A stretch of 59,994 nucleotides of DNA from a virus (lineage: Duplodnaviria; Caudoviricetes), in the IMG/VR virus record IMGVR_UViG_3300037459_000208, positions 1 to 59,994 of that record; one strand, 5' to 3'. This document shows, one piece after another, positions 37,557 to 45,769 of the stretch; position 1 is the stretch's first letter, and every line of letters begins with the position of its first letter. A program made the translations under genes and the position numbers. The notes beneath the pieces were generated by a model. That model did no database searches. It saw nothing but the letters and a program-made list of their open reading frames with translations, and was not told where the DNA came from.

Positions 37557-37562
37557 GCTTGC

Positions 37563-38171
37563 CTACTTCGTCTTTTCGACGGTCCCGCCCGGGACGGTCC
37601 TCTTCGGGGAGGCCAAGGGTCCGCGTCTCTGCCTTTTCTTCACCTCGGTGTCGGCCTCGGCCTCAGCTTCTGCCGCGGCTTCCGCGTCCCTGGCTTCCGC
37701 GTCCCTGGCTTCAGCTGCGGCTTCCGCGGCGGCCTTTGCGGCGTCCAAGGCTCCCTTGGACGCGGCGATCGACTTGGCTTCTGCCCTGGCTTCCGCGCCC
37801 AGTGCGGCATCAGCGGCTCTGGCCGCCCTGGATTCCGCGGCCGCCCTGGCCTCCGCCGCGGGAATCCTGATGGCCGCGCCGCGCTCGATGAGCTGCAACG
37901 CTTCCGGCTCCGGGAAAAATGGATCGTCCGACGGGTTGTTCTTGCCATAGGGGCGGAGGAGACGCACCTGGACCTTGCGCACCTTCACGGTCCCGACCTT
38001 CGATCCCTTGGACGCGGCAACCTCTTCCGGCGTGGCCAATCTGGCCATCGTCCCCCCAGACTTCAGCGTCGTGCTGCAAAGCTTTCTCGCGGCTTCATCC
38101 GTCATCCCGATGACTTCCCCGACCTGGTTCGCCCCGTGGACGGCGTTGAGTTTGACTGGTGTGAGCTGCAT
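37563..38171 (-). CDS. Head-module protein with two small repeated domains and an Ala/Glu-rich tail
   Basis: V.L...G....GE...EA..L...G.A pattern twice. Confidence 0.7.
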   Translation of the reverse strand: MQLTPVKLNAVHGANQVGEVIGMTDEAARKLCSTTLKSGGTMARLATPEEVAASKGSKVGTVKVRKVQVRLLRPYGKNNPSDDPFFPEPEALQLIERGAAIRIPAAEARAAAESRAARAADAALGAEARAEAKSIAASKGALDAAKAAAEAAAEARDAEARDAEAAAEAEAEADTEVKKRQRRGPLASPKRTVPGGTVEKTK

Positions 38172-38173
38172 GA

Positions 38174-38656
38174 TTATGCCGCCGGTAGGGTGTCGACGCC
38201 GCCGTAGACATGGGTGACGGAGTAGGAAAAGGTGTCGGTTGCTCCGCGACTGAGATCGCCGGTGGTCTGGCTTCGGATAAATCCGCGGTGTGCCCGGATG
38301 TCCTGGTATCGGGCCTTGAAGACGCCGGTCTCGGTCGACCCACCGGATCCTCCGGTTGCAACGACCGTTGGGACGACGGTGTTATCTGTCTGGAAGTCGG
38401 CGGCGCCCGTCCCTCCAATGTCGGTCGCATCCTGCGCATTCAGAGCAAGGCTGAGGGTTTCGTTCTCGTCGAGCGTGGCCGTGAACTGGACATGGACCGC
38501 GAACGACTGCGCGTTCGCAGGCGGAGCGTGGAATGCGCCGTCGTCTTCGACGTTGTCTCCGGAGCCACCGGCCAGGCCGGTCACAGCGTGAGAGGAAAAC
38601 ACCGGGGTCTCGTGGGCTCCGATGTCAAGGCTTACTGTCTGTGCGTTCCTAGGCAT
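38174..38656 (-). CDS. Putative capsid decoration/cement protein
   Basis: AGGA RBS; 160-aa beta-rich protein directly after the MCP. Confidence 0.7.
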   Translation of the reverse strand: MPRNAQTVSLDIGAHETPVFSSHAVTGLAGGSGDNVEDDGAFHAPPANAQSFAVHVQFTATLDENETLSLALNAQDATDIGGTGAADFQTDNTVVPTVVATGGSGGSTETGVFKARYQDIRAHRGFIRSQTTGDLSRGATDTFSYSVTHVYGGVDTLPAA

Positions 38657-38667
38657 GATCTTTCCTC

Positions 38668-39927
38668 TTAGAAGGAGACTCCGGTCAGTCGGAATCCAGC
38701 GTTTCCGCGCGGCATGAGCGTGCCGATTTTCTGACGGCCCCGCAGAACCTCGGTGTCCTCTTCGATGGTCGAAACGAGATCTCCTCCGGACTGGGTGTAT
38801 GAAGCGTTCTCGAACCATTGGACGTCCAAGGATGGCCCTTGGCCGACCAGGAATTGGTCCATGGCCTGGAAGATGATTTCGGTGTCGGACCCACCCCCGA
38901 GGTTCGTCGGCATGTTCGTTGTGGAGCCGAACGGAGAGCCGAGCCAAGTCCCCGTCAACATTTCCATCAGAAAAAAAGGAACGTCGTCGTTCGTCGTTCT
39001 CAGGCCGAACATGATGTGGTTCTTGGTACGCTCGGAGACGATCCAGGCCTTCCGGGACATGCCCCTGATGTTGCTCTCGTCGACTGATGTCATGATGACT
39101 TGCACGTCGTCGAGAACCAGAGGGAGCGTGCTTCCAGATGATGCCGCCGTCGCCGTGATGAGGGTTCTGAGGCCTTTGATTCGGTTGTTTAGTCCGGCTC
39201 CGTTGATGAGCTCGACGTCGAAGCCAGAGGAGAACGCGACCAGCATCATCTCTTCGAGTCGGCGGAAAACCGCGGGAGATGCAGCTTCTCGGTATTCGGC
39301 CGAGACGGGCATCAGCGCCATCGCCTTGCGCATGTTGCTCTCCCTCTCCCCCTCTTCCGGCTGCGTCAGAAGGGAAAGGGTGTTGACTTCTTCGACCCAC
39401 GTGATCGTCGGGAGGACCTCCCAGCCGTTGACGCCGAAGACGTTCCCGATGACGGGGATCATCTCGGGACGGAGGCCCAGGACAACGGACATGGCGACCA
39501 AGGGCTTGAGCCAGAGCTCAAGCATTTGGCCTTCGACGAGAAGACCGCCCTCGCCTGCGGTCGCAAGGTTGATCGTCTTGGACATCCGGGGACCGACCGT
39601 CTTCTCGAATGACGCCATGACGCGATCGAGGCCGCTCGTCTCGTCGGAGTACTTCTTCTTGATGGTGGAGCTTCCGCTGTCGCGCCCGGCCTTCGCCATG
39701 CTCCACAGGAAAGCGCCGAGGACCGGGTACCCGCTCGTGTGCTCTTTGATGACGTTCTGCCCCGCGATCAGGGCGGATTGTTTCTCGAATTGCGCTTCGA
39801 GAAGACTGTCGCGGTTCTTGAACGCTGCCTCGACCCTGTTCTGGACCTCTTCGTCCAGAAGCGGGGCGTACTTCAGGAGGTATTCGTCCTTCTGCGCCTG
39901 CGTCAGGTCGCTGACTTGAGTTCCCAT
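38668..39927 (-). CDS. Major capsid protein (HK97 fold)
   Basis: AGEGGLLV...ITWVEE...KAMALMPVS.E...LINGAG...IKGL. Confidence 0.93.
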   Translation of the reverse strand: MGTQVSDLTQAQKDEYLLKYAPLLDEEVQNRVEAAFKNRDSLLEAQFEKQSALIAGQNVIKEHTSGYPVLGAFLWSMAKAGRDSGSSTIKKKYSDETSGLDRVMASFEKTVGPRMSKTINLATAGEGGLLVEGQMLELWLKPLVAMSVVLGLRPEMIPVIGNVFGVNGWEVLPTITWVEEVNTLSLLTQPEEGERESNMRKAMALMPVSAEYREAASPAVFRRLEEMMLVAFSSGFDVELINGAGLNNRIKGLRTLITATAASSGSTLPLVLDDVQVIMTSVDESNIRGMSRKAWIVSERTKNHIMFGLRTTNDDVPFFLMEMLTGTWLGSPFGSTTNMPTNLGGGSDTEIIFQAMDQFLVGQGPSLDVQWFENASYTQSGGDLVSTIEEDTEVLRGRQKIGTLMPRGNAGFRLTGVSF

Positions 39928-39935
39928 GAGTTCTC

Positions 39936-40949
39936 CTATGAGCTCGGAATTGCGCCTGTGAGGCGGATGATTTCGTCTTCTACTCGCCCGGATATGTGGT
40001 CCTCGGCGAGTTTTTCGTAAGCTTCTGGCGAGGGATCGGGTTCCTCGGGAGCAGCTGGATCCGCGTCATCCGGCGGCCTCTTGGACATAGCTCCGACCAG
40101 CGATGCCACGGACTCCAGAATCTCCTTGTGCCTGAGGTCGGCGGTTCCTGCCGCGTCGGCGTCCGCAACCGTATGCGAATTTCGCTTCCATGGTTCACTG
40201 GCGATCTCGTCCGGCGACATCTCGAACAGCGCCATTCCCTTCGAAGGGTCCAGCGCCTTGATGATCGCCTCGGCGGTTGCGATGTTGACCGTCAGGAGGC
40301 CGCTGTCCTGCCGCCTGTAGCTTGCGGCCCAGTCGCCCACAACCCCGTGATCGATTCCGGCCGCCTTCGCCCTCAGTAGAGCGTCGCGGTTGCTACCGAT
40401 GGGGACGTGCGAGGTCTCCAGGAGTTCCTGTTTGATGAAGTCGATCCCGAACGTTCGGCCCGAGTCCTCTGGCGCCATCTCAAATTTCAAGGGGAGGTAT
40501 CCGACCGAGCAGGACGCTCCGGCGTCCTTGAGAGCCTTCGTCTCAAGGCGGAACTCGATCATCTCCTTGACGAAACGGGCCATGGGACCGGGTCCGAGCT
40601 TGAGTGTGTTAAAGAGCTTCTCGTCCTCAACTTCGATGTGGACGGAAACACCGATCCATTGACGCGGGTCGTGGAAGGCGAGCCAGACGGGAGCTTTTTT
40701 GTAGGCCTTGAGGTCGAAGCCTTTGGCGCGAATGGTGTCCCGGTCGCGGTCCACGGATTCAGTCGACGCGACGAATTCGAATTCGTCGGTCTTGGTCGTG
40801 GCTTTGACCACGAGCCGGTCGCCGTCAAAGTCGTGGCACACCGGGGTGCCCGAGTGGTCCGCGTCGAGGTTTTTGTGGACCAAACGGCGGAAGTCGTCCG
40901 CGCTCAAAACCGGAGGCAAATCTGTAGGAAGCTGCGCGCTTTTTTCCAT
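39936..40949 (-). CDS. HK97-type prohead protease
   Basis: FVASTESVDRDRDTI, LAFHD, SVGY.P, QELLETSHVPIGSNRDAL. Confidence 0.92.
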   Translation of the reverse strand: MEKSAQLPTDLPPVLSADDFRRLVHKNLDADHSGTPVCHDFDGDRLVVKATTKTDEFEFVASTESVDRDRDTIRAKGFDLKAYKKAPVWLAFHDPRQWIGVSVHIEVEDEKLFNTLKLGPGPMARFVKEMIEFRLETKALKDAGASCSVGYLPLKFEMAPEDSGRTFGIDFIKQELLETSHVPIGSNRDALLRAKAAGIDHGVVGDWAASYRRQDSGLLTVNIATAEAIIKALDPSKGMALFEMSPDEIASEPWKRNSHTVADADAAGTADLRHKEILESVASLVGAMSKRPPDDADPAAPEEPDPSPEAYEKLAEDHISGRVEDEIIRLTGAIPSS

Positions 40950-40972
40950 GCCATCTGTTTTAGCAGGAGTCC

Positions 40973-41001
40973 TTGACAGAAGGGAACATCAGACATAGGA
41001 T
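40973..41001 (+). promoter_or_regulatory. Leaderless promoter of the antisense cassette
   Basis: TTGACA-17-TAGGAT, 6 nt before ATG 41008. Confidence 0.75.
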
Positions 41002-41007
41002 GCTAGA

Positions 41008-41220
41008 ATGAAGAATGAAGTGAAGCAAGAGATCCGCAAGAGGCTCTACGATGACAGAGGGAGGCTCCTGCTGTACGGGACGAAACCGGAACCGCCTCCT
41101 CTCCGGAACGTCGGGGGGGAAGGACCCGATGACGCCGTTTTCGTCGGAATCTTCGCCGGTATCGTCTCCGCCCTTGCTTTCCTGTCTTTCCTGTCGATTG
41201 CGCTGGAGCTTTTTCAGTGA
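41008..41220 (+). CDS. Small membrane protein
   Basis: C-terminal hydrophobic helix. Confidence 0.7.
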   Translation: MKNEVKQEIRKRLYDDRGRLLLYGTKPEPPPLRNVGGEGPDDAVFVGIFAGIVSALAFLSFLSIALELFQ

Positions 41221-41513
41221 CCTGCCCTCACTGCGGAAAGTCCCCCGAGGACCCCCTTCGCCCCGGGGCCATCATCGCGCTGCGCAGAATCGGGATGGGC
41301 TTGAGTCAGATGGACCTCCTGACCAGGGCAACCGACTACGCCACGGCCGCCGGGGACGAAGATCTCGCCGCCAGGATGCTTCGTCGGGATCAGCAATGGC
41401 TTTCCCGGATCGAGACGGTCAGCACCGGCACGCCGCCCTTCGCCGAGCTCGAAGCGCTCTGCGCCGTCCTTGACCTCGACCCGGCGAAGACGGCGAAAGG
41501 GGAGCGAGCGTGA
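41217..41513 (+). CDS. XRE-type HTH protein with N-terminal CPHC
   Basis: IIALRRIGMGLSQMDL...QQWLSRIET...LEALCAVL. Confidence 0.75.
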   Translation: MTCPHCGKSPEDPLRPGAIIALRRIGMGLSQMDLLTRATDYATAAGDEDLAARMLRRDQQWLSRIETVSTGTPPFAELEALCAVLDLDPAKTAKGERA

Positions 41514-41767
41514 TAGACCGAACGAGCGTCAATCGTTTCGCCCCGTGGTTCGTCTGGATCGCCTCCTCCTTCTTGATCTACTGGCTTCTCTCTTCGATCA
41601 TTCCGCGAGACTCTACCGATCGGCCTGGAGGGAGGTCAGGGATGATCCTACACGTCGACCACTTGACCGGGTGCCACTACCTGGCGCGCGTCTTTGGCGG
41701 CCTTGTCCCGCGTCTCGATGCGGACGGAAATCACATCTGCACCGGAGAACAAGGAGACGCGCCATGA
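41510..41767 (+). CDS. Membrane-anchored protein with DUF6440-like motif
   Basis: TM helix then VDHLTGCHYL...GGLVPRLDADG. Confidence 0.75.
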   Translation: MIDRTSVNRFAPWFVWIASSFLIYWLLSSIIPRDSTDRPGGRSGMILHVDHLTGCHYLARVFGGLVPRLDADGNHICTGEQGDAP

Positions 41768-41987
41768 TGCTCCGGATGCCTCTCCTGGGCCAGCTGGATA
41801 GCGGTCTTGTTCGCGTCCTTTTGGCGCTCCGCCGACCTCGGTTTCGGCGTCATCGCCGGCGCCCTCATGTCCTTGGTCATTTTGTGGGCTCACGAAGCCG
41901 CCAGATCATGACCGGGTCTAGTTCGGCGTCGAAGATCGTTCCCTCCAGGGCATGGCCAAGGCCGCCCCGTCCGCGCCGGAGCGATCA

Positions 41988-42524
41988 GTGACCTCCCTCC
42001 AGTGGCTCAACGACCTGGCGCAGTGGCTCGGCCGAATCTTCCCGCGTCTTACCTTGGTCCCTCCGACTCACTGCGGCGTCATGTTCGGACCAAGGGGCGG
42101 CACCCTTCACAAGGGCTCCGGGCTTGTCCCATGGTGGCCGATGGTGCAAACTCTTGAGCAAGTAGACGTCACGGTAGGGTCGATCGACGTGGCCGCCGTC
42201 GCGATGCCAGCCAGCGGGGACGAGATGATCCCGCGAGTCAGCTTCGTCGGGACAGTCGCAAGGTTTCAAGTCGAAGATCCGTGCGTCGCGGTTCGCCGAT
42301 CTCTCGACATCAAAAGGCTCGTGGATAACACCTGCCAGTCCGCTATCGGGACGCACTGGAGAGGAATAGACTCGGCAGACGTGGCGATCTCAAAGGCTCG
42401 TGACGAATCCATGGAAGACCTCGGGCAGTTCGGAATCTGTCTTCTATCACTGAGGCGGTCGCACCTCGGAACCGGAGTCGCTCTTTTCAACTTGGCCGAC
42501 TGGACCAACACGTCCAAGGAGTGA
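41988..42524 (+). CDS. SPFH/band-7 domain protein
   Basis: VPPTHCGVMF...GSGLVPWWPMVQ...ARFQVEDP...LGQFGI. Confidence 0.7.
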   Translation: MTSLQWLNDLAQWLGRIFPRLTLVPPTHCGVMFGPRGGTLHKGSGLVPWWPMVQTLEQVDVTVGSIDVAAVAMPASGDEMIPRVSFVGTVARFQVEDPCVAVRRSLDIKRLVDNTCQSAIGTHWRGIDSADVAISKARDESMEDLGQFGICLLSLRRSHLGTGVALFNLADWTNTSKE

Positions 42525-42531
42525 TCCGTTT

Positions 42532-43875
42532 CTACTCCTCGGGATCGAGGTGGCCGGTCCCGACTTCGAGCTCGTCCTGACCTTCGATAGCGCCGAACCC
42601 ACCAACAGACCGCCGTTCGTTCCTGGTGAAGTCCCCCGGGATGGACGTCACCATCTCCAAGCGATCGTCGGCGCTCTGCATCGGCCGGAGCCGGAAATCA
42701 AGGATCCATCCCCCGGGATACTCCGGAGGCGCGGAGACGCGGCGCCCGTTCCTCTTGACCATCCGGTCCATGAAGAAACGGGACTGCAGCCAGGAACGCC
42801 TGGCCTCAAGGTCGGGGTGGATCCGGTTCTCCCGGAGCGATTCTCGGGAGACGAGGGAGCTTGCACGGTTCGCATCGTCGGTCTGTCCGATCGCGGCCGG
42901 GGGTACGCCCAGGACCTGGAGGATGTCGTCACGACGGTTCTTGAGGCTCGATTCGCTGTCCATGTCGGCGGGCGAGTGATCGAGCTCCTTGACGGTGACG
43001 CCAGCTGACCTGCTACCCGGTTGACCCTCGGGGTATCCCAAAATGAGGGACGCTCCGGCGTTCTTGGCACCTTGGATCGAGTGAAACTCATTCTTGAAAC
43101 GCTCAAATTCCGTTGTGCCAAGGCCAGGAGCCATGATGATGTGCCGCATCAGAGCCCCGCCGTCCAGGAGCGCCGCCAGGTAGTCCGACATCGTCTCCTG
43201 GTGGTTCACCTCGTGCGCGGCTGCCTCGACCCTGCCGGCCGCTGACCCATAGGGATCGGATATCCTCGGCACCCGGAACCATGCCACGTCCTCCGGCTCG
43301 AAAAACTCACCCCCGAAACGAAAGTCGGGGCGCGTCGGCGTCGGAGGGTCGACTTCCAAGACCGGGAGCGGCCACCACCTCACGGGATGACCGAGCACCG
43401 GGTCCCGGAAGATGAGGTAGTAGAAAGACCCCACGGCGTCGATCGTCATAGCCTCCAGGCGGTCGACCTGCATTCCAGAGAGCTGGATCCACGGCGGACC
43501 GTCCTCGGTCCCCATCGCCAACATCGTCAGGAACGGGTGGTCGGTGACCTCGACGAGCTCTCCGGCATTGACGGCGTCGGACACAGCGACGCCGTGCGCA
43601 CCCTTCCGGCCGGCTGCAGCAAGATCTCGCCGGCGAGCTCCGTCTACTCCGCGAGCGGAACGAAGCAGAAACCACTCCGCCTCCGCCTTCTTGCTGGCCA
43701 CCGTGCCGCTGGCCAAGTGGACCCAGGGGTTGGTGTTTGACGTCGCCAAGAGTGCCGCGGGAGAAGCGGTGGCGCGCCTCCCGAAGGACGGACGTCCGCG
43801 GAGGCCGGCGCGCTCCGCGATGCGGGTTGCTTCGGGTGAGTCGATGGTCAGAGCTTTCGTCAGGGCTGACAGCAT
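42532..43875 (-). CDS. Portal protein (HK97 family)
   Basis: NPWVHLA...HPFL.ML...GSFY...WWPLP...DPYGS...ILQVLGVPPAAIG...NRA...TRNERR. Confidence 0.92.
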   Translation of the reverse strand: MLSALTKALTIDSPEATRIAERAGLRGRPSFGRRATASPAALLATSNTNPWVHLASGTVASKKAEAEWFLLRSARGVDGARRRDLAAAGRKGAHGVAVSDAVNAGELVEVTDHPFLTMLAMGTEDGPPWIQLSGMQVDRLEAMTIDAVGSFYYLIFRDPVLGHPVRWWPLPVLEVDPPTPTRPDFRFGGEFFEPEDVAWFRVPRISDPYGSAAGRVEAAAHEVNHQETMSDYLAALLDGGALMRHIIMAPGLGTTEFERFKNEFHSIQGAKNAGASLILGYPEGQPGSRSAGVTVKELDHSPADMDSESSLKNRRDDILQVLGVPPAAIGQTDDANRASSLVSRESLRENRIHPDLEARRSWLQSRFFMDRMVKRNGRRVSAPPEYPGGWILDFRLRPMQSADDRLEMVTSIPGDFTRNERRSVGGFGAIEGQDELEVGTGHLDPEE

Positions 43876-44174
43876 CAGGTGTCCTCTCGGCGCTCGACAC
43901 GGACCGTCCCCTTCGCGCCCACCGCCGCCTCCAGCGTAAACTTCAGCTCGCCGAGCCCTGGCGTCCACCTGCTGTAGTGGTAGGTGAAAGGGCCACCCTC
44001 TTTCACGTAGTGGAAGTCCACCTCGACGCCGCCGTGAGTGACGACAAACCGAGTGGCGGCGTCAACGTCGAGGGAATAGAGGACCGTCAGGGCCTGCGGA
44101 GCCCTAGCGTCGGGTAGCGTGACAACGGCGTCCGTATTGGGGCCTGCCGGCGCGTCAAATCCGAGCTCTGCCAT
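43875..44174 (-). CDS. Hypothetical beta-rich protein
   Basis: TGATG coupling to the portal. Confidence 0.65.
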   Translation of the reverse strand: MAELGFDAPAGPNTDAVVTLPDARAPQALTVLYSLDVDAATRFVVTHGGVEVDFHYVKEGGPFTYHYSRWTPGLGELKFTLEAAVGAKGTVRVERREDT

Positions 44175-44278
44175 GCGGTCTCAGTCCCGCCCTCGTGATG
44201 GCAACTCTAGCGTCGGTTGGGATCGTTGGCGTGGGGACTGCCTCATGCCGTCAGGGTACCCGCACCCGGCCGAAAAAG

Positions 44279-44758
44279 TCAATGCCGAGTGGTTTGGCGG
44301 CCGTCTGCGGCACTGCCAAGACGGGCTCCCGAGAGAATCTTCTCTTGCTCTACGCGAGCCCTCCTGACGAGGACCCGATTTCTCCAAAACTGAATCGTCA
44401 TCGGGCGGAAGAGACTCCGAACCTTCAGGGCGAAAACCCTGGATCTGGCAACTTGGTCGAGCACGGGTCCGGCTCGTCCCCATCGAGCCAGGTTTCTTCT
44501 GGACACCTCGTCGGCCATTTCGCCCAGCCGCTCTCGCGCCGCCCGTGCGAGGTCTGCGTCGAGGTCGAGCTCGAAAGGGCTCACGAATGTCCCCGACTCG
44601 TCCTTGAAGAGGACCATACCCCGGGCGTCCGCGACCCTCCGGAGCACGCTGCCGTGTCTGTCCTCGGGATGCTTCGATAGGATAAGTCCCATCATCTCAT
44701 TGGCTCGTTCTTCCCGTTCCTGATCGTCCATGTCCTTACTCCTTTTCCGGTTCTTCAT
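44279..44758 (-). CDS. Hypothetical protein
   Basis: ORF in the terL-portal interval. Confidence 0.6.
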   Translation of the reverse strand: MKNRKRSKDMDDQEREERANEMMGLILSKHPEDRHGSVLRRVADARGMVLFKDESGTFVSPFELDLDADLARAARERLGEMADEVSRRNLARWGRAGPVLDQVARSRVFALKVRSLFRPMTIQFWRNRVLVRRARVEQEKILSGARLGSAADGRQTTRH

Positions 44759-44930
44759 TCTTCTGAACTCCCAGCCACAAGAGCTCCGCCGCCCTCCGCA
44801 GCCCGATCCCGCCGAGGAGTAGGAGGCCGGTCCCAGGTCCCCAGACCCACCGTCCGGCCAGGTCGGCGAAGCCCCAGACGGTCAGGAGCCAGCCGGCGAT
44901 GGTGGCGACGGCGTAGCCGCGAGGGCTCAT
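44736..44930 (-). CDS. Small two-helix membrane protein
   Basis: Hydrophobic; typical position upstream of portal. Confidence 0.7.
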   Translation of the reverse strand: MSPRGYAVATIAGWLLTVWGFADLAGRWVWGPGTGLLLLGGIGLRRAAELLWLGVQKNEEPEKE

Positions 44931-45187
44931 TCGATCCAATCCTTGTCGAACCCTATTCGGAAAGCCTCGTCCTCCAATTCCAAGACCTCTTCCATCGATA
45001 GGAACCGCGGTTTCTCCGAGACCTCCTCCTCGTCTTCGTCCGAATCGGCACCTCTTGGTTTCTCAGGCGGCTCCGCGATGGTCTCCGGGTCCTGCATACG
45101 AATCGCGGCCCCACGCTCGATGATCTGCAAAGCCTCCGCCTCCACGTCGAGCCCTGACTCCAGGGTCTGGATTCTTCTCTCTCCCAT
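44927..45187 (-). CDS. Acidic protein sharing a motif with 37563..38171
   Basis: EALQIIERGAAIR. Confidence 0.65.
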   Translation of the reverse strand: MGERRIQTLESGLDVEAEALQIIERGAAIRMQDPETIAEPPEKPRGADSDEDEEEVSEKPRFLSMEEVLELEDEAFRIGFDKDWIE

Positions 45188-45190
45188 CGC

Positions 45191-45694
45191 CTACCCCTTC
45201 GCCCTGTCGAGTGCCTGGAACCACTGGTCGATGATCCGGAGTGATTCCTTCCCTTCGGTCTCTATGAAGTGGGCGGACAATCCTGTCATCGCGGTCCTGA
45301 TCGCCTCCACGGGAACGATCCCGTGCGCGTGTTCTACGGAGTGCTCTACGAGCAACTCGCCGGTCGGATGGATCTCTTCCGTCTCGAAAACGAACGCGAT
45401 TGTCTCTGGCCAGCCCGGTTCGTTCAGCTCGACCGCGAGGAGGCGAGCGTCTTCGGGGAGCCCTTTCGTGACTCGTATCGTCTCTCCTGGGGCCATGACC
45501 CTGCCCTCGGTCGACAAATGGCGGATGAGATCCTCCGACCACCTGACCGTGACGCGGTTCGGCTCTGGACGAGTCGTCACGCAAGGCGGCCCGAGGCATC
45601 CGACAGACCCCTCGTAGCATTGACACGTCGCCATTCCGGCTCCTCTCAACAGACCGACCGGCTCATCCTTCGTGCTATGGTTCTTTTCAGACAT
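45191..45694 (-). CDS. Hypothetical protein
   Basis: AGGAG RBS; GLPEDARLL motif. Confidence 0.65.
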   Translation of the reverse strand: MSEKNHSTKDEPVGLLRGAGMATCQCYEGSVGCLGPPCVTTRPEPNRVTVRWSEDLIRHLSTEGRVMAPGETIRVTKGLPEDARLLAVELNEPGWPETIAFVFETEEIHPTGELLVEHSVEHAHGIVPVEAIRTAMTGLSAHFIETEGKESLRIIDQWFQALDRAKG

Positions 45695-45769
45695 CGGCGG
45701 TTACTCCTGTGGCCGTTGGTGTGGCGGATCCGGGTTGTGTGATCTCCCCGGGTCCGTCTTTCTACGCTA

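Noticed and set aside
38657-39400. Long N-terminal extension of the 38174 ORF overlapping the capsid gene
   Set aside because: Arg/His-rich off-frame sequence; a clear RBS and ATG exist at 38656.
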